Notes: generated by a model not told the origin, from the letters alone. Numbered from the stretch's first letter, positions 1 through 9,720 are shown. The stretch is 32,000 nt of DNA from Microcystis aeruginosa NIES-2549 (GCF_000981785.2 NZ_CP011304.1:3750001-3782000), one strand, 5' to 3'. Made by a program: numbers and translations.

Positions 1-834
1 GTCATTGGTGGGATTAGTGCTTGGTATTTGCTCAATAAACGTCACATTAGCTTTTTTAGTCGTTCTCTCAAAATTGTTCTTACTCTAGCGATTGTTATTG
101 CTCCCTTGCAAATTTTTGTCGGTCATCTTAGTGCCGAACAAGTGTATCACTATCAACCGGCTAAATTAGCCGCCATGGAAGCGCAATGGGAAACTATTCC
201 TGCGGGAGAAACTGCCGGTTGGAGTTTGGTCGCTTTACCCAAGGATAAAGCGGAGACAAATAGCTGGGAAGTGAAAATTCCTAATGCTTTGGGTTATCTT
301 TTGGAGTTAAAACCCAAGTTATCGGAACCTGTTCTCGGCTTAAAAACGTGGAAATACGAAGACAGACCGCACATGGTGGGGCTAATCTATTATTCCTTCC
401 GGATTATGGTCGCTATCGGTCTTTTTCTTGCTTCTTTAATGACTGTAACTGTCGGGCAATGGCTGCGCGGTCAACTGAGTAACGAAAAAATCGACAGTCA
501 AAAATGGTTACTGCGCGCTTGGGTTTTTGCGGCCCCTCTGGGTTATCTTGCGGTTGAAACCGGTTGGATTGTCCGTTGTGTCGGTCGTCAACCCTGGACG
601 GTTTACAATCAAATCCGGACAGTGGATGCTGCTTCTAAACTGCCCGCAGGCGAGATTTTAACTTCTTTAATCGGAATTACGGCGATTTATGTCGTTTTCT
701 TGGTTTCTGCTCTCTATTTCGGTAGTCTTATTATCCGTCAGGGACCCAATCTTAACTTACCACTGCCGGGGACTCAACAGGAAACAGTGACCTCACCAGA
801 ACTAAATCCTCGTTCCCTAGAAGCGCAACAATAG
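1..834 (+). CDS. cydA: cytochrome bd-type quinol oxidase subunit I, C-terminal part (5' end outside window)
   Basis: Frame 1 is open from base 1 (VIGGISAWYLLNKR...), so the listed 28..834 ORF is only the tail of a longer gene. It has a multi-pass hydrophobic profile and the AKLAAMEAQWET motif. It is followed 8 nt later by a cydB-like gene. Confidence 0.88.
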   Translation, partial: VIGGISAWYLLNKRHISFFSRSLKIVLTLAIVIAPLQIFVGHLSAEQVYHYQPAKLAAMEAQWETIPAGETAGWSLVALPKDKAETNSWEVKIPNALGYLLELKPKLSEPVLGLKTWKYEDRPHMVGLIYYSFRIMVAIGLFLASLMTVTVGQWLRGQLSNEKIDSQKWLLRAWVFAAPLGYLAVETGWIVRCVGRQPWTVYNQIRTVDAASKLPAGEILTSLIGITAIYVVFLVSALYFGSLIIRQGPNLNLPLPGTQQETVTSPELNPRSLEAQQ

Positions 835-842
835 GAGGAACT

Positions 843-1856
843 ATGGAACCGTTACAGTATTTTTTGCCACAAATTTGGTTTTTTATTCTGGGTTTATTCC
901 TGTTTCTCTACGTCCTCCTCGATGGTTTTGACTTGGGGGTGGGAATTCTTTCCCTGACTTCCTCCTCCGAGAAGCGTCGCAGTATTTTAATGACCAGTTT
1001 GGGCAATGTTTGGGATGCTAACGAAACTTGGATTGTTTTGATGGGTGGTTCCCTGTTTGGGGCGTTTCCCCTAGCTTACGGGACAATTTTAAACGCTTTA
1101 TACCTGCCAGCAGTGATTATGGTGGTGGGGCTGTTATTTCGGGCTGTTTCCTTCGAGTTTCGTGAACATTCTCGTCGCAAGTTGTTCTGGAATTATGCCT
1201 TCGGACTCGGCAGTTTTTTGGCCGCTTTGGGGCAAGGATTCGCCCTCGGTGCGGTTTTTGAGGGCATTAAAGTGGATGAATTGGGTCATTTTGCCGGCGG
1301 CCCCTTTGATTGGTTAACATGGCGATCGATTCTAGTGTCTCTAACTTTAATCCAAGCTTATGTTTTAGTGGGTTCCACTTACCTAATTTTGAAAACTACG
1401 GGTAATTTACAGGAAGTTCACTATAAAACGGCAAAAATTGCCGCTATTACCACTTTTATCGGTGCTATCTTTATCACCATCAGTACGCCGCTGCTTTCTG
1501 ACCATATCCGTCAGCGTTTATTTGACCCTCGACTAATTTACATCTTTATCCTCATCCCGATTCTAGCTGTGGTCTTACTGGGTTTATTACTGCGGAGTTT
1601 GCAACTAAAGGAAGAAAACACCCCGATGGTCTGGACAGTATTGCTGTTTATGCTCTCTTTTATCGGTTTGGGATTGTTGATTTTTCCCGATATTATTCCC
1701 CCGTCCGTGACAATTTATCAAGCGGCGGCCGCTCCCAGTTCTTTGGTGTTTATGCTGACTTTTGTGGGTTTTTTAATCCCAATTTTACTAGCCTATACGG
1801 TTTATAATTACATCGTTTTTCGGGGGAAAATTACTGCTGAATCCTACGGAGAATAG
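843..1856 (+). CDS. cydB: cytochrome bd-type quinol oxidase subunit II
   Basis: 337-aa polytopic ORF. AGGAGG at 833..838 overlaps the cydA stop and lies 4 nt before the ATG. The N-terminal LLDGFDLGVGIL motif is typical of CydB. Confidence 0.9.
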   Translation: MEPLQYFLPQIWFFILGLFLFLYVLLDGFDLGVGILSLTSSSEKRRSILMTSLGNVWDANETWIVLMGGSLFGAFPLAYGTILNALYLPAVIMVVGLLFRAVSFEFREHSRRKLFWNYAFGLGSFLAALGQGFALGAVFEGIKVDELGHFAGGPFDWLTWRSILVSLTLIQAYVLVGSTYLILKTTGNLQEVHYKTAKIAAITTFIGAIFITISTPLLSDHIRQRLFDPRLIYIFILIPILAVVLLGLLLRSLQLKEENTPMVWTVLLFMLSFIGLGLLIFPDIIPPSVTIYQAAAAPSSLVFMLTFVGFLIPILLAYTVYNYIVFRGKITAESYGE

Positions 1857-1938
1857 AGGACGTTGCCGATTTCAGATATGAATCTTCTTTGGTGGGATTT
1901 TTAAAGGGAAACTCTCTACCTCTGATGCTAAACTGAAT

Positions 1939-2433
1939 TTACTCTAGGAGGTCTTTGGGTGTAATTAACTCGTAACGCTCGAAGGGTTGATGAATCCAAG
2001 GATTATCGGGGTAATATTCCACATAATAGTCGGGTTTGATTCTTGATGCCGCTTTGTACCAGATCACCGCAGTTTTGATATTGGTAATCCCGTATTTTTC
2101 CTGTAACAAAATCGAGGTTTTTTGGAGGGTGATTCCCGAATCGACTAAATCATCCACTAATAACAAGGGACTCTTTAATTGGGCCTCGATCATGGCTAAA
2201 TTCGAGGAAATAGTTAATTCTCCCCGAATTTGATGATTTTGCCCCCCGTAGGAAGCAGCGTAGAGAATGGCTAGGGGTTGACGAAAAAGACGACAGAGAA
2301 TGTCACCGACGCGCAATCCTCCCTTAGCTAAACAGACAATCTGAGCAAATTGCCAACCAGAATGATCGATTTTTACTGCTAATTTTTCGATCAGACGATG
2401 GTATTCATCCCAAGAAACATAGACATCGGCCAT
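1939..2433 (-). CDS. phosphoribosyltransferase (xanthine/hypoxanthine-guanine PRT-like)
   Basis: PRPP-binding loop LLLVDDLVDSGITL. The track ORF starts at a GTG (2481). The first ATG (2433, MADVYVSWDEYHRL...) matches the usual N-terminus of Gpt/Hpt-type enzymes and removes the 26-nt overlap with the upstream gene. Confidence 0.8.
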   Translation of the reverse strand: MADVYVSWDEYHRLIEKLAVKIDHSGWQFAQIVCLAKGGLRVGDILCRLFRQPLAILYAASYGGQNHQIRGELTISSNLAMIEAQLKSPLLLVDDLVDSGITLQKTSILLQEKYGITNIKTAVIWYKAASRIKPDYYVEYYPDNPWIHQPFERYELITPKDLLE

Positions 2434-2455
2434 ATTTTCGATTCCCGATTGAGAA

Positions 2456-2794
2456 TTACTTATTTTCCGCAGGTCGATCACTACTCCAGGCCCACCAAAC
2501 TCGATCGCATTGACAATGATAGAATTCCTGCCATTTACGACGGGAATCTTCTCCTAAAACGGGTGCGCGGCGATTGATCCAAACGGCCTGAGCTTCTTTA
2601 GCTTTTGCCCCACAGTAAGGACAACAAAAATTGTAGGCGTGAACAGCATTCTCTGTCCAGTCAGGGGGAAAGGGACTAAAAGCATCCATAATCTCTGGGT
2701 TAAGGGGGTTAACAGTCAAAAAGGGGTTTCCATCGCTGGTATTTAGGCTATAGTTCTCAATTTCTGCTGCGATAATTTTTACAGCGTTTCCCAT
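2456..2794 (-). CDS. hypothetical Cys-rich protein (putative zinc-ribbon, CCPYCG...HCQCD)
   Basis: 112-aa ORF with an ATG start, co-directional with and immediately upstream of the PRTase gene. It has a CxxC plus CxC cysteine pattern. No family was recognised. Confidence 0.55.
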   Translation of the reverse strand: MGNAVKIIAAEIENYSLNTSDGNPFLTVNPLNPEIMDAFSPFPPDWTENAVHAYNFCCPYCGAKAKEAQAVWINRRAPVLGEDSRRKWQEFYHCQCDRVWWAWSSDRPAENK

Positions 2795-2990
2795 AGAAAT
2801 GAAGTGTAACCTAATTTGGTATTGACGACCGACTCCCCTAAAGGAAAACTTTGTACCTCACTATTAAGATAAATGCTACCATAGGTTTTGACAAATCGCG
2901 ATCGGGAATATTTTCATGAAAACGAAAATTAATACCCAGAAAAACTGACTCAATAGATAATCTCCTTGTTTACTCTATCACTAAAAAAAT

Positions 2991-3680
2991 ATGGCTAAAG
3001 GGGATCAAATATACGCCTATCGGGAATTGCTCAATCTTCGGGGTGTTTATGCCCATCATGGCATCGATTGCGGTGATGGTAGCGTCATTCATTACCGAAA
3101 ACCGAGCGAGATTGTGGAACGAACTTCCCTAGAAACCTTTGCTAGGGGTGGTAAAATCTATGTGGTGCGCTATGTAGAGGTGGGATTTTCCTTTATCCCC
3201 GATGTGGTGGTAGAAAGGGCGCTAAGTCGTCTGGGGGAACAGAAATATAATCTTCTTTTTAACAACTGCGAACATTTTGCCACTTGGTGTAAGACCGGTA
3301 TTAGCAAAAGTCAACAGATAGAAGAATTTATCCCGATTATTACCCATTTACAAGCGGTGGGACTCTACGAACCTCTGAAAAAATCCCTTATCGGAGCCGA
3401 CCCCAACAATGCCCAAACCCTGTTAAAAGGGGCTTTAAGCAGTCTTAAGCTCAGTTGGGATGAAATTCACCCCCAGTACAAAAAAGCCATTCAAGAAGCA
3501 GAAACATGGAATCGAGTAGCGATCGAAGCTTTAAGCAGAAATCGCGATGATTTAGCCCGGGAAGCCCTGAAACGCAAGGTAGAAGCCAAAAAACAGGCAA
3601 AACGCCATCAGGAACAATTGGATCAACTAGCGGCCATGACCGAAAATGTTCTTAAAAGTCTGGTGATTGCTAACGGTTAG
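2991..3680 (+). CDS. LRAT/NlpC-P60 (NC-domain) protein with C-terminal PspA-like coiled coil
   Basis: N-terminal HHGIDCGDGSVIHY (His box) and NNCEHFATWC (catalytic Cys motif) are characteristic of lecithin-retinol-acyltransferase-like papain-fold proteins. The C-terminal ~90 aa are Lys/Glu/Ala/Gln-rich with heptad-like spacing. Confidence 0.75.
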   Translation: MAKGDQIYAYRELLNLRGVYAHHGIDCGDGSVIHYRKPSEIVERTSLETFARGGKIYVVRYVEVGFSFIPDVVVERALSRLGEQKYNLLFNNCEHFATWCKTGISKSQQIEEFIPIITHLQAVGLYEPLKKSLIGADPNNAQTLLKGALSSLKLSWDEIHPQYKKAIQEAETWNRVAIEALSRNRDDLAREALKRKVEAKKQAKRHQEQLDQLAAMTENVLKSLVIANG

Positions 3681-3770
3681 TCTGGATGTCAGTAAACTGT
3701 TCAGTATCTAACCATCTGTCGATTGCCTCGGTTGATTCCCATCCACATCAGGTAATTTTAGTTGCTCGCC

Positions 3771-4007
3771 ATGGAAATCTGGATTATTTTACGTTTTTCA
3801 ATCGCCGCTGCCATTATCGCTCTAGTTTGCTGGTCTTTAGCCAGTGCCGTGCGCGATAGTTGGCAAGTTGCCCGACGGATGCACTCCATCCCTTGCTCCC
3901 ACTGCCGCTACTTTACCAACGATTATCGCCTCAAATGTAGTGTACAACCCAGGAGCGCCAACACCGAACAAGCGATCGACTGTGGCGATTATTTTCCCGA
4001 TGCCTAG
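3771..4007 (+). CDS. small hypothetical membrane protein with Cys-rich tail
   Basis: One N-terminal hydrophobic helix (IWIILRFSIAAAIIALVCWSLA) followed by CSHC...C...C. The track start at 3762 is TTG; the ATG at 3771 is the more likely start. Confidence 0.5.
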   Translation: MEIWIILRFSIAAAIIALVCWSLASAVRDSWQVARRMHSIPCSHCRYFTNDYRLKCSVQPRSANTEQAIDCGDYFPDA

Positions 4008-4089
4008 TCAGCAATAATACCGAAAAGCTTTTCGAGATGGTGCGAAATTTGCTAGTCTAGGCTAAATAGGTCTGAAATAATATAGAAAC

Positions 4090-5253
4090 GTGGATACAAT
4101 TATTGGTCGGGGCAAAACAGCCCGTAGAGCTTACGGTATCGATGAAATCGCACTTGTACCCGGAGTGCGAACCCTCGATCCCAGTTTAGCCGATACCCGT
4201 TGGTCTCTCGGCAATATCGAGCGGGAAATCCCGATTATCGCCAGCGCTATGGATGGCGTGGTGGATACTAAAATGGCTGTCCTTCTCTCCGAGTTGGGGG
4301 CGCTAGGGGTACTAAACCTCGAAGGTATTCAAACCCGTTACGAGGATCCTAACCCGATTCTTGATCGCATTGCGGCGGTCGGCAAAGCAGAATTCGTCGG
4401 TTTAATGCAGGAACTCTACGCAGAACCGATTAAACCGCAACTAATCGAGCTTCGTATCCAAGAAATTAAAGAAAAAGGCGGTATTGCGGCAGTTAGCCTC
4501 ACCCCTGCCGGTGCCGTCAAATACGGTGCTATCGTTGCCCAAGCAGCGGCCGATATTCTCTTTGTCCAAGCAACCGTCGTTTCCACTGCCCATTTATCCC
4601 CGGCAGCTATCACCCCCCTCGATTTAGTGCAACTGTGCCAAGAAATGCCCATTCCCGTGGTTTTGGGCAACTGCGTCACCTACGAAGTCGCCCTTAACCT
4701 GATGAAAACCGGGGCAGCTGGGGTTTTAGTCGGTATCGGTCCCGGGGCTGCCTGTACTTCTCGCGGCGTTTTAGGGGTGGGAGTTCCCCAAGCCACTGCT
4801 GTGGCCGATTGTGCCGCTGCTAGGGACGATTTTTTCCAAGAAACCGGTAAATACGTCCCCGTTATTGCCGATGGCGGCATTATTACCGGCGGTGATATCT
4901 GCAAATGTATCGCCTGTGGCGCCGACGCGGTGATGATTGGTTCTCCCATTGCCCGCTCCGTGGAGGCCCCCGGCCGCGGTTTTCACTGGGGTATGGCCAC
5001 ACCTAGTCCAGTTCTACCCCGGGGAACCAGGATTAGTGTGGGCAGTACCGGAACTATTGCCGAAATCCTCGTGGGACCGGCAAAATTAGATGATGGTACT
5101 CATAACCTCTTGGGGGCGCTGAAAACCAGTATGGGAACTTTAGGTGCTAAGAACTTAAAGGAAATGCAACAGGTGGAAGTGGTGATTGCTCCTTCGCTGC
5201 TGACGGAGGGTAAAGTCTATCAAAAGGCCCAGCAGTTAGGTATGGGTAAATAA
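4090..5253 (+). CDS. IMP dehydrogenase family protein (GuaB-like, no CBS insert)
   Basis: 387-aa TIM-barrel pattern: [22 protein letters not shown] (catalytic Cys loop) and IADGGI...GADAVMIGS. It is shorter than canonical GuaB, consistent with the CBS-less paralogue. GTG start. Confidence 0.85.
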   Translation: MDTIIGRGKTARRAYGIDEIALVPGVRTLDPSLADTRWSLGNIEREIPIIASAMDGVVDTKMAVLLSELGALGVLNLEGIQTRYEDPNPILDRIAAVGKAEFVGLMQELYAEPIKPQLIELRIQEIKEKGGIAAVSLTPAGAVKYGAIVAQAAADILFVQATVVSTAHLSPAAITPLDLVQLCQEMPIPVVLGNCVTYEVALNLMKTGAAGVLVGIGPGAACTSRGVLGVGVPQATAVADCAAARDDFFQETGKYVPVIADGGIITGGDICKCIACGADAVMIGSPIARSVEAPGRGFHWGMATPSPVLPRGTRISVGSTGTIAEILVGPAKLDDGTHNLLGALKTSMGTLGAKNLKEMQQVEVVIAPSLLTEGKVYQKAQQLGMGK

Positions 5254-5459
5254 AAGTTGTCGGTGAACAGTGAGCGGTTATCAGTGTTGAGTTTTCGATT
5301 TTCTCGGCGCAATGTTCGATTTTTGCCGGAGATGGGTTTTCTGCTTGGGATTACCATCACCTTCAGGTTCGGTTCTGCCGACCCCCACTATCTCAAAAAA
5401 CTGTTACATTGGAAAAACCAAAAGGATAATTTAAGAAAATTGAGTTAAGGAGATCAAAG

Positions 5460-5801
5460 GTGTATAGAGAAAACGATCGCCCTCACAATTTATTTGCTAC
5501 CGATAGTGAATTTTCCGAGAGTTTGTGGCAGTATGTCCAGACCTTAAGTCCGGAAACAATCGCCCAACTCTCGAAACCGGAGTCCCAAGAGGTTTTTCAA
5601 GTGATGGAACGCAACATTATCGGACTTTTGGGTAATCTTCCCTCTGAACATTTCGGTGTCACTATCAGTACCAGTCGCGAACATCTAGGCCGGTTATTAG
5701 CCTCGGCAATGATGAGTGGTTACTTTCTCCGCAATGCCGAACAGAGAATGAATTTTGAAAAATCCCTCGCTACTCTCCAGAGCGGTTCTAGCGATGTTTA
5801 A
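5460..5801 (+). CDS. DUF760-like protein
   Basis: 113-aa ORF. AAGGAG at 5447..5452 lies 7 nt before the GTG. The sequence pattern (LWQYVQ...VMERNIIGLLGNLP...LLASAMMSGYFLRNAEQR) matches the cyanobacterial/plastid DUF760 family as I recall it. Confidence 0.7.
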   Translation: MYRENDRPHNLFATDSEFSESLWQYVQTLSPETIAQLSKPESQEVFQVMERNIIGLLGNLPSEHFGVTISTSREHLGRLLASAMMSGYFLRNAEQRMNFEKSLATLQSGSSDV

Positions 5802-5818
5802 AGTTGGGCGGTATTTAA

Positions 5819-5855
5819 GTAGGGTCTGCTGAAAAACTTTTTCAGCAGACCCTAC
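5819..5855. terminator. perfect 18-bp-stem hairpin downstream of the DUF760 gene
   Basis: GTAGGGTCTGCTGAAAAA-C-TTTTTCAGCAGACCCTAC, 18 nt after the stop codon. The symmetric A/T runs would let it act on either strand. Confidence 0.6.
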
Positions 5856-5996
5856 TTAACAGTTTGAGTATCATCACCTTCGGATCCGGCGCAGTTTCAA
5901 CCCTCAAGCGCAAACTAAAACCCTCTAAATCCACCAACAAAGAAACCACAAAAGTAGGCTAAATTGCTTCTAAAAATACCATAAATGCCACTTCAA

Positions 5997-6021
5997 TCAA
6001 TCTTGAGGGGGTTTATTTTTT
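5997..6021. repeat. 25-bp direct repeat, copy A (TCAATCTTGAGGGGGTTTATTTTTT)
   Basis: Identical 25-mer recurs at 6763..6787. The two copies bracket the toxin-antitoxin cassette. Confidence 0.85.
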
Positions 6022-6481
6022 CCTTCATCAACAATCTGTAGAACACTGCTGTATAAAGGTGCAGCAACCCAAAATCCTGCTTGATTGATCAAAGCGTCTA
6101 GCAAGGGTTTCAGCCTCAACTAAAATGCCCAGAATTCCTGTGTATCGAAGATTAAGTCTAGCAGCAATCCTACGACCACGACGCTCATCAATCAAAACTT
6201 GCTCTGCTTCCAACTCAAGTGCCAAAGCAATAGCCTCAGCTTCTTCCCTATCTAGTTCACGACTCAAGAGCTTCAATCACTGTGCGGTTAGTTACCGTTC
6301 GAGTTTGAATCCAATCTAAGGTTTGTACCTCTATTGAACCTGCTACTGGAAAATCAGGCCTAGTTAATTCTCGATAAACTGCTTCAGGAATAAAAACTAT
6401 TTTGTAAAGTTGTTGTAGCAGATGAAGTTGATTAATGGCGGCAAGATTGTTGATAGGCGATGTATCACTGACAATAATCAC
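5997..6481 (-). pseudogene. DUF3368/PIN-like toxin, frameshifted
   Basis: The N-terminal part (GTG 6481; IIVSDTSPINNLAAINQLHLLQQLY) stops at 6257. The family continues in another frame (RELDREEAEAIALALE...IDERRGRRIA...GILGILVEA). The conserved C-terminus (KPLLDALINQAGFWVAAPLYSSVLQIVDE) is in a third frame ending at the TGA at 5997..5999. This implies at least two frame disruptions. Confidence 0.7.
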
Positions 6482-6681
6482 AATCTGCCCATCTCCCGCA
6501 AGTTCTTAATATCCTGTTCAAAATCTTCGACATCGTATTGTACTGGAATTTGACGATTTGCCAGTAGGTGTTGAAAAGCAATACGATTAATTCCTGCAAA
6601 TCGACTCGCTTGAGCCAGGGTGAGCTTCTCTTTTTGAAAGAGCATGACCGCAATTTCCTGCCTCATCTCAGCTTCAGTCAT
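6478..6681 (-). CDS. UPF0175-family antitoxin
   Basis: 67-aa intact ORF (EIAVMLFQKEKLTLAQASRFAGINRIAFQHLLANRQIP). Its stop overlaps the start of the downstream DUF3368 gene (GTGA), the classical toxin-antitoxin arrangement. Confidence 0.8.
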   Translation of the reverse strand: MTEAEMRQEIAVMLFQKEKLTLAQASRFAGINRIAFQHLLANRQIPVQYDVEDFEQDIKNLREMGRL

Positions 6682-6762
6682 GCGTGTTGCACTAAGAATT
6701 TCATCGGAGATATCAATCCTATCTACCCCTTCCTATTGGAATAATATCATAACCCCCTTCAT

Positions 6763-6787
6763 TCAATCTTGAGGGGGTTTATTTTTT
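6763..6787. repeat. 25-bp direct repeat, copy B
   Basis: Identical to 5997..6021. Here it forms the 3' arm and T-tract of a hairpin (AACCCCCT 6751..6758 / AGGGGGTT 6772..6779 followed by TATTTTTTT). Confidence 0.85.
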
Positions 6788-6933
6788 TACTTTCGCTTAT
6801 TAAATAACTATTACCTAGTTGCTAGGATCTCCCTGGCAACGCATTTCCAGAGGTTCTACCTTGGAACGAGACAAAGCATTGATGATCACACAAAGTCGAG
6901 AAGAGCCTATTTGGCTCTCTTAGGAATTTGACT

Positions 6934-7596
6934 TTAGATAACTTCTGGCCAACTAGCTACCACCGAGGCCAATGTATCCAAATCCCGACGATCTTCGATA
7001 AAGGGAAAAACACCTAAAACCGGACAATTAGTCAAGGATTGAATTAAATCGATCGGTGTTAACTGCTCTATTTCCGTCTCCGTGCGCGGTTCGAGACAAT
7101 TAAGGATAATTCCGCCCAAATTGACCTTTTTCTGCTCTGCTAGGGCAATATTAGCCACCGTTTGGGAAATCGCCCCCAATTTCACCGGCACCACTAAAAG
7201 GGTTTTTAACCGCCATTGAGCCGCTAAATCCGCCACAGTTAGCTCGTGGGTGACGGGACAACCTAAACCCCCTAAACCCTCAATTAAAACCAAATCTTGG
7301 CTTTTTTGTAGGTTCAGCAGAGCTTGCCACACCGTCCCCAAAGGAATATCTCGACCTTCCAAATCAGCAGCCACAGGAGGCGCTAAGGGTGCTTGATATT
7401 GCAGCGGTGTAATCATTTCTAATTGACCCTGAAATAAGCCCTCATACCATTCTCGATCGCCTTGACCCGTTTGCATTAATTTCATCAACCCCAGGGCCTT
7501 GCATGGATAGTATTTTTGCCAATAAGCCACTAAGGCAGTGGTGACAACGGTTTTACCCGCATCGGTATCCGTAGCCGTAATCAAAAGACTATTCAT
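6934..7596 (-). CDS. bioD: ATP-dependent dethiobiotin synthetase
   Basis: The N-terminal [20 protein letters not shown]-loop and overall ~220-aa length are typical of BioD. The track start at 7617 is TTG; the ATG at 7596 ([16 protein letters not shown]) is the natural start. Confidence 0.88.
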   Translation of the reverse strand: MNSLLITATDTDAGKTVVTTALVAYWQKYYPCKALGLMKLMQTGQGDREWYEGLFQGQLEMITPLQYQAPLAPPVAADLEGRDIPLGTVWQALLNLQKSQDLVLIEGLGGLGCPVTHELTVADLAAQWRLKTLLVVPVKLGAISQTVANIALAEQKKVNLGGIILNCLEPRTETEIEQLTPIDLIQSLTNCPVLGVFPFIEDRRDLDTLASVVASWPEVI

Positions 7597-7866
7597 AAAA
7601 CTCCCAGGCTCAGTCAAGATCAGGTGAAATCACCAGCATTTATTATCTTATCTTGCCACTTCCCACTTCCCCATCACCCCACACTCCACTTCCCCACTTC
7701 CCAGATATTGCATGGATAAGATGCAAAAAGAAAAAAAACTGCAGCCAAAAAGGTGAGATAGAATACACTAAAAGTATAAGGTTATCAATTTTGCTATTTT
7801 TCAAGTTGCATCCTAGGCAACAGAATCGCAATTATCCCTCTCATTAAAAATTGGACGGTTTGCCCT

Positions 7867-9720
7867 GTGGTTTCATCACTTCCCAAGCCCAATGACTCTT
7901 TAACAACGGTTCCCCAGCGTTGTTCTGGGGCTTATGCCTTGATGGACAGTCTCAAACGTCATGGTGTTAAGCACATCTTCGGTTATCCCGGTGGTGCGAT
8001 CCTGCCCATCTATGACGAACTCTACCGCTTTGAAGAACGGGGAGAATTACAACATATTTTAGTGCGCCACGAACAAGCGGCCGCCCATGCCGCCGATGCC
8101 TACGCTAGGGCCACCGGCAAAGTGGGAGTCTGTTTCGGTACTTCCGGCCCCGGGGCGACCAATTTGGTGACAGGCATCGCTAACGCACACATGGACTCCA
8201 TCCCGATGGTGATTATCACCGGTCAGGTGAGTCGGGCGGCCATCGGTTCCGATGCTTTCCAGGAAACCGATATTTATGGTATTACTCTCCCGATTGTTAA
8301 ACATTCCTATGTGGCTAGAAATGCCAGCGAAGTAGCGAGAATCGTCGCTGAGGCCTTCCACATCGCCAGTACAGGACGACCAGGACCGGTTTTAGTCGAT
8401 ATTCCCAAAGATGTCGGTTTAGAACTATGCGATTATATCCCCGTCGAACCGGGAGATGTGAAACTAACCGGCTATCGTCCCACGGTTAAGGGCAATCGCC
8501 GTCAAATCGAGGCCGCCTTACACCTCTTGGAAACCGCCGAAAAACCTTTACTGTACGTTGGCGGAGGCGCGATCGCAGCGAATGCCCACGCCCAAATCGC
8601 CGAGTTTGCCGAGCGTTTTCAGTTACCCGTCACCACCACGTTAATGGGGATCGGTGCTTTTGATGAACATCATCCCCTCTCGGTGGGAATGTTAGGAATG
8701 CACGGCACCGCCTACGCTAATTTTGCCGTGACCGGGTGTGATTTATTAATTGCCGTCGGCGCTCGTTTTGATGACCGAGTAACGGGGAAATTGGACGAAT
8801 TCGCCTCGAAAGCTAAGGTAATCCATGTGGACATCGACCCCGCCGAAGTGGGCAAAAATCGCGCCCCTGATGTGCCGATTGTCGGGGATGTGCGGGTAGT
8901 TTTAGAACAAATACTCCACAAAGCCAGAGAATTTGATTATCCCACTAATCCCGAGCGCACCCAAGCTTGGTTAGCCCAGATCGAGCGCTGGCGTCAAGAT
9001 TATCCCCTGCAAGTACCCCGACCGGAAGGCAGACTTTCCCCCCAAGAAGTGATCGTTGAGGTGGGCCGTCAAGCACCCCACGCCTACTACACCACTGATG
9101 TGGGCCAGCATCAGATGTGGGCAGCCCAATTCCTCAAAAATGGTCCCCGACGTTGGATTTCTAGCGCGGGATTGGGGACAATGGGTTTCGGTTTACCGGC
9201 TGCTATGGGGGCCAAGGTGGCCATTGCCGATGAGGAGGTCATTTGTATTAGTGGTGATGCCAGTTTCCAGATGAATCTACAGGAATTAGGCACCCTAACC
9301 CAGTTTAATATTCATGCCAAGACGATTATTATTAATAATGGTTGGCAGGGTATGGTACGTCAATGGCAAGAAGCTTTCTATGGGGAACGTTATTCTAATT
9401 CCAATATGGAAGTGGGAATGCCAGATGTGGAACTGTTAGCCCAAGCTTACGGCATTAAAGGGATTACTATTCGCCATCGAGAGGAATTAGCCGCAAAAAT
9501 TGCCGAAATGTTGGCCCATGATGGTCCAGTTTTGGTCAATGCGATCGTGACTAAGGACGAAAATTGTTATCCCATGGTTGCCCCCGGTCAAAGTAATGCG
9601 CGTATGATTGGTTTACCGAAAATTGTCACCAGAAGTTGTGAAATGCTCAATTGTCCCAGTTGTGGCGCGGTTAACAGTGTGAATAATAAATTCTGTCCTG
9701 AATGTGGGGCGAAATTGTAG
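7867..9720 (+). CDS. ilvB: acetolactate synthase (AHAS) large subunit with C-terminal zinc-ribbon extension
   Basis: ThDP-enzyme motifs are present throughout: [25 protein letters not shown], and [16 protein letters not shown]...GDASFQMN (ThDP-binding). GTG start. The last ~35 aa carry CPSCG-x11-CPECG. Confidence 0.92.
   Translation: MVSSLPKPNDSLTTVPQRCSGAYALMDSLKRHGVKHIFGYPGGAILPIYDELYRFEERGELQHILVRHEQAAAHAADAYARATGKVGVCFGTSGPGATNLVTGIANAHMDSIPMVIITGQVSRAAIGSDAFQETDIYGITLPIVKHSYVARNASEVARIVAEAFHIASTGRPGPVLVDIPKDVGLELCDYIPVEPGDVKLTGYRPTVKGNRRQIEAALHLLETAEKPLLYVGGGAIAANAHAQIAEFAERFQLPVTTTLMGIGAFDEHHPLSVGMLGMHGTAYANFAVTGCDLLIAVGARFDDRVTGKLDEFASKAKVIHVDIDPAEVGKNRAPDVPIVGDVRVVLEQILHKAREFDYPTNPERTQAWLAQIERWRQDYPLQVPRPEGRLSPQEVIVEVGRQAPHAYYTTDVGQHQMWAAQFLKNGPRRWISSAGLGTMGFGLPAAMGAKVAIADEEVICISGDASFQMNLQELGTLTQFNIHAKTIIINNGWQGMVRQWQEAFYGERYSNSNMEVGMPDVELLAQAYGIKGITIRHREELAAKIAEMLAHDGPVLVNAIVTKDENCYPMVAPGQSNARMIGLPKIVTRSCEMLNCPSCGAVNSVNNKFCPECGAKL

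Noticed and set aside
4416-4986. Three antisense ORFs (87, 89 and 71 aa) inside the IMPDH-family gene.
   Set aside because: They lie opposite a strongly supported CDS, in a locally GC-rich stretch that suppresses stop codons. They have no motifs and an Ala/Pro/Gly-rich shadow composition.
5257-5448. A 63-aa ORF between the IMPDH-like and DUF760 genes.
   Set aside because: It starts with TTG and has no RBS. It overlaps a dispersed GTTATCAGT/AACAGT-type repeat and the RBS region of the next gene. Its composition is not protein-like.
6465-6653. A 62-aa ORF overlapping the antitoxin gene in another frame, and a 64-aa plus-strand ORF at 6125..6319.
   Set aside because: The recognisable UPF0175 and DUF3368 frames explain the region. 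These are frame shadows.
7643-7847. Two overlapping ORFs of ~62-64 aa in the bioD-ilvB divergent intergenic region.
   Set aside because: They are driven by the low-complexity CCACTTCCCC/CACCCCACA tract. The region is much more plausibly a shared promoter region.
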